Positions 43,105 through 56,777 of a stretch of 64,000 bases of DNA are shown here, piece by piece (position 1 is the stretch's first letter; every line of letters starts with the position of its first letter). The position numbers and the translations under genes are program-made. This DNA is from Eledone cirrhosa (lineage: Eukaryota): the NCBI GenBank assembly GCA_964016885.1, contig OZ024752.1, forward strand, positions 32,178,001 to 32,242,000, in the 5' to 3' direction. A model generated the notes under the pieces. That model was not told the DNA's origin and did not search any database. It saw only the letters and a list, made by a program, of their open reading frames with translations.

Positions 43105-44430
43105 AGAAAGACAGATAGGATAGATAAATAGATGGATCGATAGATGGATCGATAGATCGATAGATGGATCAGATAATAGATGGATCTATAGGTCGGTAGG
43201 TTAGATAATCGATGGATTGATAGATAGATATGTTTCTTTTATTTGCCACCAGGGCATCAAAAGTGGGACAAGTACAAAGGGGGGAGTTTACAAAACAAGG
43301 CGTCCTCAATAAGGAGGAGTCAATAACAATCTATAAAAATAAAATAAAATATAACAAAAAATAAAATTTATAACAAAATCCTCAGGAGCACAGAGAGGGG
43401 GTGCTCCCTCGTTCCTTCCTCCTTTCCACCTATAGGCTTATGTAAAGAGAAGGCCCATTCACACGGGCCATTCACTCGGGCCATTCACACGGGCCATTCT
43501 CGATTGATAGATAGATCGATAGATAGAAAGGTTAGATAATCGATGGATCGATAGATAGATGGGTTAGATAATCGATGGATCGATAGATAGATGGGTTAGA
43601 TAATCGATGGATCGGTAGGTAGATAGAAAGGTTAGATAATCGATGGATCGGTAGGTAGATAGAAAGGTTAGATAATCGATGGATCGGTAGGTAGATAGAT
43701 GGGTTAGATAATCGATGGATCGGTAGGTAGATAGATGGGTTAGATAATCGATGGATCGGTAGGTAGATAGAAAGGTTAGATAATCGATGGATCGGTAGGT
43801 AGATAGATGGGTTAGATAATCGATGGATCGGTAGGTAGATAGATGGGTTAGATAATCGATGGATCGGTAGGTAGATAGAAAGGTTAGATAATCGATGGAT
43901 CGGTAGGTAGATAGATGGGTTAGATAATCGATGGATCGGTAGGTAGATAGAAAGGTTAGATAATTGATGGATTGGTAGGTAGATAGGTAGGTTAGATGAT
44001 CGATGGATCGGTAGATAGGTAGGTAGGTTAGATGATCGATGGATCGATAGATAGATAGGTAGGTTAGATGATCGATGGATCGATAGATAGATAGGTAGGT
44101 TAGATGATCGATGGATCGATAGATAGATAGGTAGGTTAGATAATCGATGGATAGATAGATAGGTAGGTTAGATGATCGATGGATAGGTAGGTAGGTTAAA
44201 TGATCGATGGATCGATAGATAGATAGGTAGGTTAGATGATCGATGGATATGTAGGTAGGTTAGATGATCGATGGATCGATAGATAGATAGGTAGGTTAGA
44301 TAATCGATGGATAGATAGATAGGTAGGTTAAATGATCGATGGATCGATAGATAGATAGGTAGGTTAGATGATCGATAGATAGATAGGTAGGTTAGATGAT
44401 CGATGGATCGATAGATAGATAGATAGGTTG
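43105..44430. repeat. GATA-derived ~36-bp minisatellite interrupted by an insertion at ~43232-43500
   Basis: Unit GTTAGATAATCGATGGATCGGTAGGTAGATAGATGG; the insertion ends on - strand with GGCAAATAAAAGAAAC (possible LINE 3' end). Confidence 0.85.
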
Positions 44431-44833
44431 ATAAATAGGTAGAACAATATCACTGTGATTTAGTGGATGTAAGTTTGATTATTTGAAGGAAATATAAGAA
44501 AAACTTATTACAATTGATTTTCTGTAGAATGTAACACAATTGCTGGAGTGAGAGTGAGAGTGAGAAGGTTAAGTGACACTTGTCCAATATATTACTGTCG
44601 GATGAAACCTGTCAACTAATAACTAATGGGTCGTCAAATATGAAATTTGTAGAAAAAAAACAGTTGACCATATACCTCACTACAAATTTCATATTTGACG
44701 ACCCAATAATAAGTGAATATCGAACTTCTTAAGTATTCAGCCATATTGCTTCCATATTTGGCCATACTGTTTCTGGGGATAAAGAAAAAACATACAGACA
44801 GATACATAAACAAAATCCCAGGACTTACAAATA

Positions 44834-45155
44834 CAGTCTAACCTCGACTCACAAACCTAATTCACTCCTGAAGGCCGTTCATCACCTGAAATGTTCGTAA
44901 ACCCAAACTGTTTCCCCCATACGAAATCTCGAGAGAAATACTGTGAGAGAAATGGGGGCTGTGTGTGAAAGGCAGATAGATATCACTATTGTATCTAACT
45001 ACACAAGTGATGCTTTCATGCCGATACTCCAAGCTTTTCGCTAACCGTTGTTACTGGCTTGCGTGTTCGTTACTCGAGACACCATTCGTCATCCGAGATC
45101 TTTTATATTCGGAACAGATTTGTTCGTGATGTGTTCGTGAATCGAAGTTTGAATG
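44834..45155. mobile_element. Tigger/pogo-like MITE
   Basis: TA|CAGTCTAACCTCGACTCACAAAC ... GTTCGTGAATCGAAGTTTGAATG|TA. Confidence 0.65.
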
Positions 45156-46111
45156 TATTTTAAACATACAGAATATAGCACTGCTAGGCACTGCGCACAT
45201 TACAAAGAGTTCTCTGAATACAATAGAAACCACAATACCAAAATCATCGCTGCACATACCCAAGGCACACATAGCTGTGCTCGGTAATACAATGACGGCA
45301 TGAAATAAATATACTAATAATGATTCGCTAAATCATTTTTGTTTCCTCAACATTGATTGTTCACCAACCTAGTTTTATTAAATATTGTTACACACACATA
45401 TGTCTTGCTCGAAGCAAATTATTTTCGTATGTTCCCTGCTGGTCAATTCATTGATGCAAAATGTGAAAATGAAAATGTAATCACGATTTACCTATTGTAT
45501 AATTACAAAATAAAGAAACAATGGAAATATAAAACAAAAAATATTCAAAACTCTGTAAAAAAATACAAAAAGAAAGAAAAAAAACTATTATTTCTGAGAA
45601 ATAAATATATATTTTTTTCAACAAAAACTGAGGTAGACATGCAAACTGAAAGAAAGAATTTAAGAGAGAAAGAAAAACAAGCCAAAAAAAATATATTTAA
45701 AAAGACAAGAAAAAATGTTTCTTCTCTGCAAAGAAATGAAGGAATATGTAAAAAAAACAAAATCCGAAGAACCAAAGTAAAAAAAAAAAAAAAAAAAAGA
45801 AAAGAAAAATAAAACAAAGGAAAAAAACAGAAATTACAGCTGACACTACTAAAAGAACATCTGAAGACATTGTTTTATTCCTCATATGTGGAAATAAAGA
45901 TTGATAGGTGTACTAAAATATTGGTATACCATTATTACTTCTGTTTACTGTGTTTATTTCTCGAAATCTTCAGTAAGAGCCCCCCCCCCCCCCCCAAAAA
46001 AAAAGATTTATATATAAATAAAGGAAGTCTGTTTAGAAAGCAGCAAACGAAGTTAAAGAATTGAAAGAGAAATAGAAAACCTCGTAACATTTGTCTAAAT
46101 ATACTCTAGCT

Positions 46112-46789
46112 TAGAAGTTCTCAAAATTTTGGGGCCACGTAATACTCTCAGGGCCCCCAACCCTATTTCCACAGTCCTGCCTACACACAAATTGTAAATA
46201 ACATATAATAAATATAATCGTTAATATATATATATTTATATATATATATATATATATAATAAATAATATATTTACTATGTATAAACAAATATTTTTTTTA
46301 TTTTATATTTATATTCTGGCTTAATGGTTAGAGCATTGGGTTTGCAATTGAGCTTGTGAATTCGATTCTCGAGGCCGGGTGATGTGTTATGTCCTTGAGC
46401 AATACACTTTATTTCACGTTGCTCCAGTTTACTCAGCTGTAGAAATGAGTTGCGACGTCACTGGTGTTAAGCTGTATCAGCCATTGCCTTTCCTTTGGAC
46501 AACATCGGTGGCGTGGAGAGTGAAGACTGTTATGTTTGGGCGACTGCTGGTCTTCCACAAAACAAACCTTGCCCGGGCTTGAGCCTCGGAGGGAAACTTT
46601 CTATGTGCAAAACTATGGTCATTAGTGACCGACTAGGGCCATTAATTATATTTATATATACATGTACCATTTGATATTTAATATAATATTATACCATCTC
46701 TACCGCACCCCACCCCATTAAGCTCCAACGCCTCCTGGATCTTATCAACGCCCCCAGGGTGGGGGAACCGCCCACTTCGAGAACATCTG
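46112..46789. mobile_element. hAT-Charlie-like MITE with nested SINE family B (46318-46640)
   Basis: TIRs TAGAAGTTCTCAAA / TTCGAGAACATCTG; 8-bp TSD ctctagct / gtctagct. Confidence 0.65.
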
Positions 46790-46867
46790 GTCTAGCTGAT
46801 ACCCATCTTTTTCCGTTCAGTGGGTTTCTATGCTCCGTTATTAGACTATATTATTTAGTTGAAGGTT

Positions 46868-47405
46868 AGCATAGTTACGTCCCTTTACGGTCTGAGTTCA
46901 AATCCCGCCGAGGTTTACTTTGCCTTTCATCCTTACGGGGTCGATAAAATAAAGTACCAGTAATGAACTGGGTAATTGCTGGCCTTGTGCCTAAAGTAGA
47001 AACAATTATTTAGCCGAATGGAGAGCGGTGAATTGGCAGTATTGGTAGAGGGTCGGACACCACGCTTTCCAGCATAGTTACGTCCCTTTACATTCTCGGT
47101 TTAAATACCGTCGAGGTTGACTTTGCCTTTCATCCTTACGGGGTCGATAACAAAGTACCAGTAATGTACTGAGTAATTGCTGGTCTTGTGTCAAAAGTAG
47201 AAACAATTATTTAGCTAAAGGGAGGGCGGTGAATTGGCAGTAGAACGTCACACCATGCTTTACAGCATAGTTTTGACCCTTCAAGTTCTGAGTTCAAATC
47301 CCGCCGAGGTTAACTTAGCTTTTCATCCTTACGGGGTCGATAAAATAAAGTACCAGTAATGCACTGGTTAATTGCTGGTCTTGTGTCAAAAGTAGAAACA
47401 ATTAT
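46868..47405 (+). mobile_element. Three tandem SINE family A copies
   Basis: Three consecutive consensus matches. Confidence 0.85.
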
Positions 47406-47580
47406 TTAGCTAAATGTTACGGCGACGTTTTCTATTTCGATAATATTAAATGTTTTTTTTCTCTGATAGTTTAGCTATGTTCCAGTTTTCCATCTTTCTC
47501 TCGAAATCGTTTTTATTTCAACTTATTTTGTTATTCCTTTCTTATTTGTATTCCTAATGAATTACAGTCTATCTTAATTA

Positions 47581-47747
47581 CCGTATTTCCCGGCGTCGAA
47601 GACGCTACTTTTTTCCTAAAATAAGTCTTAAAAATCTACCATGCATCCTGGAGGCCGAAGGTAGTTTATTTTTTTTTTCAAATTTTTGGTTGTCAAAATT
47701 AGGGTGCGTCCTCGAGGACGAAGCGTCTTCAGCGCCGGGAAATACGG
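47581..47747. mobile_element. Tc1/mariner (pogo-like) MITE
   Basis: TA|CCGTATTTCCCGGCG..GAAGACGCT ... AGCGTCTTCAGCGCCGGGAAATACGG|TA. Confidence 0.8.
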
Positions 47748-48754
47748 TAATTAATGAAAAAAAATTGAAAGATTTACTAAAATTATTATTTCCTTGGTAA
47801 AATGTGATTCTTTTTATAAATTGTTGTTGAAATATTTGAATTTAAATAGGATTATTTTAAAATGAGGGATTTTGTTTCACAGAACCCAGGGCCTAACCCT
47901 AACCAGTTTTGGCCGGACTCGTATCAAGAGAAACTCGATGATTTCATTTTTTTAATAGCTAAGTCATGATGTTTGCGATGCTTCTATGACTGTGTATGTA
48001 TTAGTGAGTGTGTGTGCGTGTGACTTCCATGACAGACCTTCCCAATAAAAGTGGAAAATAACCCCATCTCCTTTTCAATTTAAAAAAAAAAACTTGGCAT
48101 TGGAGTAAGTTTTGGACCCCCCACCCCCCCCAAAAAAAAATTCTAGTTTTTTTGTTTGTTTGTTTGTTTTTTTTTCAGCCAAATCCGATCGATGGTTCAA
48201 AAGTTATGAAAGAGGTTATTTTGAGATCACCTGTTGATCTCACATTTTTGAAACTGTCATAAATATTTAATGTTGGTGGCAGTTATATAAAAGATTACAT
48301 ATTTAGAATCAAAATGATCAGAAAATATTCAAAGATAAAAAATAGTATTGATTTTTATCTTTTTTCTTTATTCTTTTTCCTGTTTGTCATTATACTGCAG
48401 TCATGCTGGGGCACCGCCTTTAATCTATATATTACAAAACGTTTGATTGATTGCTTGTCTGTAATGTAATACACCCAAAAGGGCGCATAATGGGGAAATA
48501 GTTTGAAAGGAAGTTGACCCACGGGTTCCCGAGATATGAGGTTTTTCCGAGTACCTTCATAAACAGAGAGGGAGAGGAGACAGAAGGAGAATGGGAGAGA
48601 GAGAGAGCTGGTGGTGTTGTTGTGGTGTGTGTGTGTGTGTGTATATATATATATGAGTGTGTGTGTGTGTCTATGACCAGTGTATATAGATCACAGACAC
48701 CCACATATATATATACACACACACACATATATATGTATGTATACAAAAACACAT

Positions 48755-48807
<53 letters not shown>

Positions 48808-48843
48808 TATATATATGTATGTATACAAAAACACATACACACG

Positions 48844-48878
<35 letters not shown>

Positions 48879-49611
48879 GGACCTTCCAGTTTCATTTCAC
48901 ATTATATACATGTCTGTGTATATTTTAATTTAAAAATTATTTTTAAGTGAACATGATTTTTAAAAAATATTTTGAAGTGATTGTGACCCATGGGTCACGG
49001 GTGGTCTAGTGAAAACTAAAATAAATAAAAAATCACATAAATGAATATTTGAAATAACCATTTGACATTTCCGTTACTGGACTTCAGGGAAAAAAAATCA
49101 CATTATATATATATATATATATATATATTTCGTTTCTGAATTTGTTTAGCAAGATTCTGTATCTGAAATCGTGTGTTGAAACCGATATTGTTATACTTTG
49201 GCAACATGAACCTCCCAAAGTATAGCTATATATATATATAATATATATATATACACACACGTATACAAAAATACATACACACACACACACATGTATGTAT
49301 GTATACAAAAATACATACACACACGTGTATATATATGGGCCTTCCAGTTTCATTTCACATTATATACATGTCTGTGTATATTTTAATAATTTAAAAATTA
49401 TTTTAAGTAAACATGAATTTTAAAAAATATTTTGAAGTGATTGTGACCCAATGGGTCACGGGTGGTCTAGTGAAAACTAAAATAAATTAAAAAAAACACA
49501 AATAGATGAATATTTGAAATAACCATTTGACATTTCCGTTACTGGACTTCAGGAAAAAAAATCACTCGTGATAACAAATAATCTATCATTTCTCTATTAT
49601 TATCAGCTTTA

Positions 49612-51155
49612 AGGGCGGTGGATTGGCAGTATCGGTAGAAGGTCGGACGCCATGTTTTCCAGCATAGTTACGTCCCTTTACGATCTGAGTTCAAATCCCG
49701 CCGAGGTTGACTTTGCCTTTCATCCTTACGGGGTCGATAAAATAAAGTACCAGTAATGCACTGGGTAATTGCTGGCCTTGTGCCTAAAGTAGAAACAATT
49801 ATTATCAGCTTTAACACATTGAAAGACAATACTAACTTCAGCAGGATTTGAACTGAAGAAGCACAGAGCCGAAACCAGTACAACAAATCATTCTATCAGT
49901 CGTTCTAACGACTCTGACAATTCACCGCCTATCCTAAGTGTGGAGCGACTTAAATAATGACAGCTTCAAATTTATTAATTAATCCTATAATGCACGTGTC
50001 TAAATCTTAATGTACTTAAAATCTCCATTAACATTTTCTATTCTAGTGACCTCAACAGACTGGAGGTCAGTTAAAACATTTCGCCTTCTTTCAAAATAAA
50101 GTAGCATTTATCACAGTTATTTACATATATAACAGAAAGTTGAGCTTGTTTCTGAAATTCTAGAATTATAAATGTCGATAAAAATAAAGTACCAGTAACG
50201 TAATGGAGTCGATTTAATCGACTTTCCCCTCCCCGTCAAATTACTGGCTTTGTGCTTAAAGTAAAAACACAATTATTATTATTATTAGCACTATCGGAGA
50301 CAAGGATTGGTAGAATCGGTAGAGAGTCGAATGCCATGCTTTGCATAATAGTTACGTCCCTTTACGGACTGAGGTCAAATCCTACCAAGGTTAACTTTGC
50401 CTTTAATCCTTACGGGTCGATAAAATAAAGCACCAGTAACGTACTGAAGTCGATTTAATCGACTTTCCCCTCCCCCCCAATTTACTGGCCTTGTGCCTAT
50501 ACTAGAAGTCATTATTAGAAGTATCGGTAGAGGGTCGGACGCCATGCTTTGCAGCATAGTTATGGCCTTTGCCTTTCATCCTTACGGGGTCGATAAAATA
50601 AAGTACCAGTCATGCACTGGGTAATTGCTGGCCTTGTGCCAAACGTAGAAACAATTATTAGCAGTATCGGTAGAGGATCGGACGCCATGCTTTGCAGCAT
50701 AGTTACGGCTCTTTACAGTCTGAGTTCAAATCCCGCCGAGGTTAACTTTGCTTTTCATTCTTACGGGGTCGATAAAATAAAGTACCAGTCACGCACTGGT
50801 GTCATTTTAATCGACTCGCCCCTCTCCTAAAATTGCTGGCCTTGTGCCTATATAAGAAACCATTAATAGGCTTGGCGGCCTATAGTTACGTACGTCCAAG
50901 TTAATCGACTTCCCCCTCCCCAATAATTGTTGGCCTTGTGCCTAAATCGGAAATTTATTTAGAAATCATTTGGATTGGCAGTAGCGGTAGCGGATCGAAC
51001 GCCATGCTTTCCAACATAGTTACGTCCCTTTGCGGACTGAGAACAAATCACGCCGGGGTTAACTTTGCTTTTCATCCTTACGGGGTCGATAAAATAAAGT
51101 ACCAGTAAAAGTACTGGGTAATTGCTGGCCTTGTGCCAAAAGTAGAAACAATTAT
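49612..51155 (+). mobile_element. Cluster of about six SINE family A copies and fragments
   Basis: Copies at 49612-49803, 50174-50280, 50303-50515, 50520-50660, 50661-50865, 50972-51155. Confidence 0.85.
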
Positions 51156-51275
51156 TACAGGTATTATTTGTTTTCATCATCCACATTCGGGTTATTTCTA
51201 TCTCTAGATGTTTATATTTGGATAATCTCTCCATTCCCTTGGTAGATATATTATCGTCTGTGGTAATAAGTTCAG
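51150..51275 (-). pseudogene. Restriction-like endonuclease fragment of an R2/R4/NeSL-type LINE
   Basis: TDDNISTKGMERLSKYKHLEIEITRMWMMKT/(fs)IIPVII resembles the K..KY..L..EI.RMW....IIPV.VG motif. Confidence 0.7.
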
Positions 51276-51583
51276 CATTACGTAAAGCATTGACGTTAGG
51301 CCTAAATAAGTATGGCAAAAATAATTCCTATTTTTATTTTGGCTAGCAACTAAAATCGATCCTTCAGTGATTTGATTTCCCAGCCTAAAATGGTGAAAGG
51401 AAATGTATTTATTTAGTGCAACCAACTACCATTTCTGCTGTCTCTGCACATAGTCATAGAACGGAAATGTATTTATTTAGTGCAACCAACTACCATTTCT
51501 GCTGTCTCTGCACATAGTCATAGAACCGTGTTTGATTCAATATCTCTATAATTTAATCCGAGGACGATATCATAAAATCTTCG

Positions 51584-51623
<40 letters not shown>

Positions 51624-51631
51624 TTTATTAT

Positions 51632-51732
51632 AGAAATACTTCTACGGGACTAGAACTGTTTCATTCGTAAGAAATCATCAGGATTTTTCTGATGATTTCT
51701 TACAAATGAAACAGTTCTACTCCTGTCATTTC
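51632..51732. mobile_element. Back-to-back HHR cores of the 27336 family
   Basis: CTGATGATTTCTTAC.AATGAAACAGTTCTA on both strands, axis near 51685; stem I degraded. Confidence 0.65.
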
Positions 51733-51791
51733 GATATTAAAGGTCATTTTAATATACCTATATTTTACTAACGTATTTAGTACCATAGTGA

Positions 51792-51920
51792 AGGCGTATG
51801 GCTGACTGGTTAGAGAACTTGATTCGCAATCGTGAGGTTGTAAGTTCGATTCCTGGACCGGGCGATGCGTTATGTCCTTGAGCAAGACACTTTATTTCAC
51901 GCTGCTCCTTCTACCTGGAG
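51792..51920 (+). mobile_element. SINE family B (CORE-like); another copy at 62713-62925
   Basis: tRNA-like head + TGTCCTTGAGCAAGACACTTTATTTCAC. Confidence 0.7.
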
Positions 51921-52160
51921 TTGCGACCGCTAGATAGTATTAGCAATTGGAAAGACCAACGGAAACATTGTGTCCTCGGTCCGATTTGACGAAAGCCGAT
52001 CGACAAATTTTTTAGTACCCTTTTTGACAGTGGTCGCTTCCCGATTTAGATCGGGATCCTACATTCTATCTTCACAGACACACACACACACAGACGCACA
52101 CACACACACACACAGACACACACACACACACATAGACACAGACACACACACACACAGACA

Positions 52161-52231
<71 letters not shown>

Positions 52232-53123
52232 GTGTGGGGGTGTGTATGTAAAAGGTAAACAGAAATAACACAATCGGTACAGTATATGGAAGGTATATAT
52301 TAGGTTAACGCTTGATATAGCAGAAAGAGTCTTGACGTTTAGGACGCTAGTCCTTCATCAACAGAAAGAATGAGAAATAAGATAGATTGAGGGGACGGGC
52401 AGGGTGGAATTGGAAACAATGTCTTTAGATAAAAATAACAGGTCCATTCATGTTGACACCTCTATATTCTTTTATAAAATAGAATTCTGAACAACATTTT
52501 CTTAGAGCGAGTTATTTTATGTATGTTTTTACATCTCTTGTTCGATGTAGTGACCATAGTTTCACTGGCGTCTTCTTTTGATAGACAATATTACTATAGA
52601 AGTATTATCCAGCGGAAACAAGGCATTTCCTGATCAAATTCAATGAACGCCATTGTTGATCTTCTATTCTTGTTTTGTTTTTGTTGGTTTTGTTTTGTTT
52701 TTACAAAGATAAGCGCTAAGAATAACTGTTTAAATTGATCACGTAACATTACAAGATATCGTCGTCTGTTACTTATAGAAGGGAGAACGAGAGAAAGATA
52801 CACTGTGTGTTTCTGTGTATAGGAGAGTAAAGGTTGAGCAGAGGTTGAATAAAATTGAATCGAAAGAGTGAGATGATAATGATGTAGAGTTTTATATATG
52901 TGTGTAACTGTATGTAACTGTATGTAACTGTATGTAACTGTATTGTTATGTATGCATGACCGATGGTGAGACAGAAATAGGGAAAAAATTTGAAGGGTGA
53001 AGATGACTAGAGAGTTACAAAGAAGTGAAATACTGTTAGGGATATGTGTATATATATATGTGTGTGTGCATATATATATATACACACACACACACGTGTG
53101 TATGTGTATATACATATATACAC

Positions 53124-53164
<41 letters not shown>

Positions 53165-53265
53165 CATATATGTGTGTGTAAATGTGTGTGCATATGTGTA
53201 TATGTGTGTGTAAATGTGTTTATATATATATACATATATGTGTATGTGTATATATATGTATATAA

Positions 53266-53464
53266 CAAAGGAATTGTGGTAAGGAACTAGATGGACCATA
53301 ACGCACCAGAGTACTCAATACTTAGGGTAGTAGAGTGGGAAATAGGAAAAAGTATGACCTCGACGGCAGAGCTCAAGTCGTTTCGACGGCTATTTCAGTC
53401 CAGAAATAGCCGTCGAAACGGCTTGAGCTCTGCCGTCGGGATCATACTTTTTCCTATATATATA

Positions 53465-53503
<39 letters not shown>

Positions 53504-53682
53504 GTTTCTATTTTAGGCACAAGGCCAGCAATTACCCAGCGCATTACTGGTACTTTATTTTATCGACCCCCGTAAGGATGAAAGGCAAAGTCAACCTCGG
53601 CGGGATTTGAACTCAGATCGTAAAGGGACGTAACTATGCTGGAAAGCATGGCGTCCGACCCTCTACCGATACTGCCAATCCA
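53266..53682 (-). mobile_element. Family 'GUC' fold-back (53266-53457) followed by SINE family A (53499-53682)
   Basis: Consensus matches to both families. Confidence 0.75.
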
Positions 53683-53687
53683 CTGTG

Positions 53688-53751
<64 letters not shown>

Positions 53752-53765
53752 TGTGTGTGTGTGTG

Positions 53766-53929
<164 letters not shown>

Positions 53930-55734
53930 GAAAATGTTGCCAAAAACAGAAATATATCCGTGGACTGAGGTAGAAAGAAAAGGAGAGAGAGAAGTGTGAG
54001 GAAGTAGAGATAGGGTCAAAATTATTGAAAGAGTGGAATTATAGAATAGAATGCCGAGTTAGAGACAGCAGACAGTGGGGAAGGTAGAATAATTGGCCTT
54101 TTAATAATATATATATAATGGAAATTATGTAAACACACGCACAAATATAGCTTAGTGCATTAAGATTGCTTGAATAAGATAACATAAAATCTTCATAAAA
54201 TGTAAAATATGCCCATTTCCCATTTACCAATTCTCTGTCTACTACAAATGTTATGTACTAAATGCAGGATAATAGCCATGACTTATTGGGTTATTATTTG
54301 CTTTCTCTGTGAAATTACATTCGATAATAGCATCTGAAGCCCCGAGCGGATAAGATATTCATTTTTTCCTGTAATGGATTGTGATGTCTTATCACTTGAT
54401 ATAGAATGAAAGTTGAAGGATGTTTAGTGATCTTAAGTTAGTTAATTTTACTTATTTTATCTCGTGTCAAGTTAAGAGGTAAATTTAAAAAAAAACAAAA
54501 ACAAAAAAAAACAATAATAATAATAAAGTTAACTAGTTTGTTCGCTTATCCCGTTGATTATCAGCCAGTTAATTGTTTGTCTTACGTTTCTAAGTTTGGT
54601 TTCTGCCGAAAATAGCACAATGTAATGCTACAATACGCCGTAGGAAATGTCATGTATTTAATCAGGCATGTCCAAACTATCTAAAAAAGAAAATATATGA
54701 AAAGGTCTCACGCTAATTATGAGTTCGTAGATAATGTTTTTGTTCGTATATCCTGTTCTTTACTTAGGCTTTTAATGATTTTATTCTGTCTGCACAACTG
54801 GAAATAATGTCTGGGTCACATTTCTTATCGAACAATTATATTGTTTGTCAGAGATTTTCAGCTAAAATCCTTTATAATCGTATTTCCTTAATTTAATAAA
54901 GCAGTGTTTTCCGCGCTTATTTAAATACCCTTCAGAATGTTATACACCTATAAACACTCAAATCAGTCATAAATAAATATCTTTATTTTCCCTTAGAAAC
55001 AAGATTCTTAAAGAGGAGAAAGACTAATCGAATAAGATCTGTTTGGATCTGTTCTCGGTAATGCTTCTAGTTTCTTGCGAAATTATATTGAGATCTCATT
55101 TATTAACCTGTTACACCATAGGCTATGATAGTAAGAAGGTTGGGTTGGATACATAGAAAATATCTTATGGAATGTTACATCAGAACGGCTTTTCATGGTA
55201 GTATGGTGAGAGCAGAATAATACCGTAATTTCTCATCTCGAATTCGTCTCTTAGTAGTTTTAGGGATGAACATTTAAGATGATGTACGTAGGGGCTATAA
55301 AACTCTAGTTAGCAGGATTAAAGAGGTTTGCACCGTCTTGAAAATGTCTCACTGCCTGAAGAAAAAAAAAAAAGAATATTCGGGTGAGGACAATAATTGT
55401 TTCTACTTTTGGCACAAGGCCAGCAATTATCCCAGTGTATTACTGGTATTTATTTCATCGACCGCCGTAAGTATGAAAGGCAAAGTTAACCTTGGCAGGA
55501 TTTGAACTCACACCATAAAGGGACGTAACTATGCTGCAAAGCATGGTGTCTGACGCTCTACCGATACTGCCAATCCACCGCCATTATAGCGGTGAGGAGA
55601 ATAATTGTTTCTACATCTGGCACAAGGCCAGCAATTATCCCAGTGTATTACTGGTACTAAGGACAATAATGAAAGGAAGATTATAGGGACTTCTACTTCG
55701 TCGAAAACTACCAGTACTCTCTCTCACTCTCTGT

Positions 55735-56018
55735 GGAGGCACGTGGCCTAGTGGTAAGGGTGTTGGACTTACGATCATAATGTCATGGGCTCGATTCCTG
55801 GGTTACGTATTGTGTTCTTGAGCAAAACACTTCATTTCACGCTGCTCCAGTATACTCAGCTGAAAATGAGTATCAGCAGCAATAGCTGGAGGTTTAACCC
55901 TGCGATGGACTGGCGTCCTATCCAGGGAGGGAGTCTTGTACTCTCAGTCGCTTCACGCCATGAAACCGGGATAAGCACCGGCCAAATGAGCCTTCTGGCT
56001 TAAGACAGACTTTAGACT
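55735..56018 (+). mobile_element. SINE family C (tRNA head, CORE-like region, CCCTGCGATGGACTGGCGTCC..CCAGGG domain); copies at 57437-57725(-), 57840-58088(+), 60395-60675(+)
   Basis: GGCCTAGTGGTAAGGG..TCGATTCC boxes and a shared 3' domain ending AGACTTTAGA. Confidence 0.75.
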
Positions 56019-56095
56019 TATATATATATATATATATAAATGGAATAGAATGAAACGAAATTTCATTTCTCACTCTTAGTACGGCACTTACTTAA

Positions 56096-56149
56096 ATGTA
56101 AGTATGTATGTATACGTACATACATATATGTATACAGACGTACAGTAGC

Positions 56150-56208
<59 letters not shown>

Positions 56209-56519
56209 CAGGCACACATATATATATGTACGTATCAGTTTAGCGAACATTTATTATAATGTTCGCTTTGTTCGTTTGTAAACAAACGGACAGCCTGATT
56301 TATGCCGTACAGTGTTAAGGCAACCACGCTGACGATAGCTAACAAGCTTGAAACTAGTACATCGTTCCTGTGTCAGTGTTGAACAAAAAGGTGACGTGGT
56401 TGCCTTAACACTGTACGGCATAAATCAGGCTGTCCGTTTGTTTACAAACGAACAAAGCGAACATTATAATAAATGTTCGCTAAACTGATACGTACATATA
56501 TATATATATATATGTGTGC

Positions 56520-56563
<44 letters not shown>

Positions 56564-56618
56564 GCTACTGTACGTCTGTATACATATATGTATGTACGTA
56601 TACATACATACTTACATA
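56096..56618. repeat. ~230-bp-arm inverted repeat with an HHR-like motif in the loop
   Basis: Arms 56096-56328 and 56395-56618; the loop begins CTGACGA-tagct aaca agctt-GAAA-ctag-TA. Confidence 0.85.
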
Positions 56619-56777
56619 TATATATATATATGTAGATAAATCTAGCAAAATGTACGGTAGTGTCCAATCCGTATGAAGAACTCAATGTAATCCGAATATC
56701 ATGAAAAGAGAAGATGTGTTCAAAAATTTTTTTTTAGATGAAAAATACAGGAAAACAGAGTCAAGATAAATGAATAA

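Noticed and set aside
45945-45980. CTGAAGA..GAAA on - strand as an HHR (likewise 49853 on +)
   Set aside because: Helices I-III cannot be formed; a chance motif.
47892-47904. Telomeric CCCTAA repeat
   Set aside because: Only about two units; expected by chance.
54997-55060. Possible small exon (ttttcccttAG...GTaatg)
   Set aside because: No recognisable peptide and no partner exons.
55735-55800. tRNA genes suggested by A/B boxes
   Set aside because: They are heads of multi-copy SINEs without a complete cloverleaf.
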